Shown: piece by piece, positions 35,540-36,612 of the stretch
Numbering within the stretch: position 1 is the stretch's first letter
Layout: each line of letters starts with the position of its first letter
Assembly (NCBI GenBank): GCA_031961525.1
Contig: JAVRLI010000002.1
Coordinates: 1 to 36,612 of the forward strand
Reading direction: 5' to 3'
Source of the DNA: Thermoplasmatota archaeon
Lineage (GTDB): Archaea > Thermoplasmatota > Thermoplasmata > Thermoplasmatales > ARK-15
DNA: 36,612 bases
Notes under the pieces: model-generated
The model's input: only the letters and a program-made list of their open reading frames with translations
Databases searched by the model: none
What the model was told of the DNA's origin: nothing
Made by a program: the position numbers and the translations under genes

Positions 35540-36612
35540 GGGAAATCCTTGAAAGATTGGAGGAATGGAAAAGGGAGAATTATCCATCACTTATAAATAG
35601 GGAACTCAGTGTAAACATTGGAAGCGACATAGTGGCGATTGTGGGACCAAGAAGAGCAGGTAAAACATATTTCATGTTTCAAAAAATGAAGGTGTTAGAG
35701 AAAAAGGAGTTATATGTTGATTTTGAGGATGTGGTATACAGGAATTACAAACCGGATGATATAATAAATGGATACATTGAAATTTTTGGTAGGGAGACAG
35801 GATACCTGTTTTTAGACGAAATACAAAATTTAAAGAACTGGGGAGCCTGGCTTAGAACCCTTCACAACACAGGAAAGTACAAAATTATGGTAAGTGGATC
35901 CACATCATCTCTTCTTATAGAGGAGATATCCAGGGAGCTAAGAGGTAGATACATATCCAAAATTCTACTTCCATTCTCTTTCAGGGAGTATTTAAGGATG
36001 AAAGGAATAAATGTTGATGATAAAAACGATGCATTCATCATGGGTGCGCTCAGGGATTATATGGAGTTTGGAGGATATCCCGAGGTTATAAAGACATCTG
36101 AGAGTATTGAAAAGAAAGAGAAACTGAGAAGTATATACTACACAACGCTTTATAGGGATATAATTGAGAGAGCAAGAATAAAGGAAAGAGATATTATGGA
36201 ATTCATGTTGCGTTACCTGATTTCAAACAGCGGAAACACAATGAGTATATCCAAACTCCATAGAATTATATCATCATCGCTCTATCCTGTTTCCAAGCGT
36301 ACCGTCTGGAAGTATTACAGCTTAATATTATCCTCTTTTGCGGTGTTTAATATAAAAATTCATACACAATCAAAAAAGAAGGAGATGCTCTCCCCACAAA
36401 AAATATATGCTGTTGACAATGGTCTTTACAGTATGGTTTCTACAAAAAAGAATATGGGCTCTAGCATGGAGACCCTTGTTTTTCTACATCTTTTCAGGGA
36501 GAAGAATAGCAGGAATGTGGAAATAAGGTATTACAAATCCAAAAACCAGGAGGTGGATTTTCTCATATTAAATAATGGATTGGTTGAAGAATTAATACAG
36601 GTGTGCTATGAT
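35530..36612 (+). CDS. COG1373-type AAA ATPase (AAA_14 + DUF4143), C-terminus beyond window end
   Basis: Not in the ORF track because it is open at the window edge. The frame is open from the TAG at 35506-35508 to base 36612. My translation: ..VNREILERLEEWKRENYPSLINRELSVNIGSDIVAIVGPRRAGKTYFMFQ...YLFLDEIQNLKNW...VSGSTSS...KIYAVDNGL...QEVDFLI. It has Walker A GPRRAGKT and Walker B LFLDEIQ. There is no in-frame ATG before the P-loop. Candidate starts are CTG 35530 or TTG 35557, so the start is uncertain. Confidence 0.75.
   Translation, partial: MVNREILERLEEWKRENYPSLINRELSVNIGSDIVAIVGPRRAGKTYFMFQKMKVLEKKELYVDFEDVVYRNYKPDDIINGYIEIFGRETGYLFLDEIQNLKNWGAWLRTLHNTGKYKIMVSGSTSSLLIEEISRELRGRYISKILLPFSFREYLRMKGINVDDKNDAFIMGALRDYMEFGGYPEVIKTSESIEKKEKLRSIYYTTLYRDIIERARIKERDIMEFMLRYLISNSGNTMSISKLHRIISSSLYPVSKRTVWKYYSLILSSFAVFNIKIHTQSKKKEMLSPQKIYAVDNGLYSMVSTKKNMGSSMETLVFLHLFREKNSRNVEIRYYKSKNQEVDFLILNNGLVEELIQVCYD

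Overview
This is an AT-rich, very gene-dense archaeal chromosomal segment. PolB, the PolD small subunit, RFC, aRF1, Sec61-beta and an intron-containing tRNA point to Euryarchaeota. The Cdc48 protein closely resembles my memory of Thermoplasma VAT, so the source is probably a Thermoplasmata-type organism; I could not run a search to confirm this.

I call 34 protein genes, two of them cut by the window edges, and 4 tRNAs: Val-UAC, Ala-GGC, Ser-UGA, and Glu-UUC with an 18-nt intron.

The content is mainly housekeeping:
- DNA replication and repair: rad50, mre11, polB, RFC small subunit, PolD small subunit, nreA, XPD.
- A four-gene riboflavin/FAD operon (ribB-ribL-ribC-ribH) preceded by a cupin-type phosphoglucose isomerase.
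- Translation and RNA processing: aRF1, pheT, RNase Z.
- Other core functions: pyrH, purM, Cdc48/VAT, a ThiF/UbaA-type E1 and an FKBP isomerase.
- An envelope block: an orphan radical SAM enzyme, a polytopic GT-C-like membrane protein, a DUF4382 protein, and a 987-aa surface protein very rich in N-glycosylation sequons.

I saw no CRISPR array, transposase, integrase, prophage or recognisable defence or toxin genes. I cannot honestly point to a convincing new multi-gene system.

The best leads are:
- Two tRNA genes that run straight into protein-coding starts (tRNA-Ser to XPD, 5 nt; tRNA-Ala to purM, 16 nt). This implies tRNA-led transcripts.
- A perfect 14-bp palindrome between the TATA box and the start of the riboflavin operon.
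- Four copies of a GTTTAC heptamer bracketing the promoter of a COG1373-type ATPase that has no ATG start.
- The tightly coupled Cdc48-PRC-barrel pair.
- The uncharacterised radical SAM / GT-C-like / DUF4382 neighbourhood.

All family calls rest on motifs I recognise by eye. No BLAST, HMM or tRNAscan run was possible.
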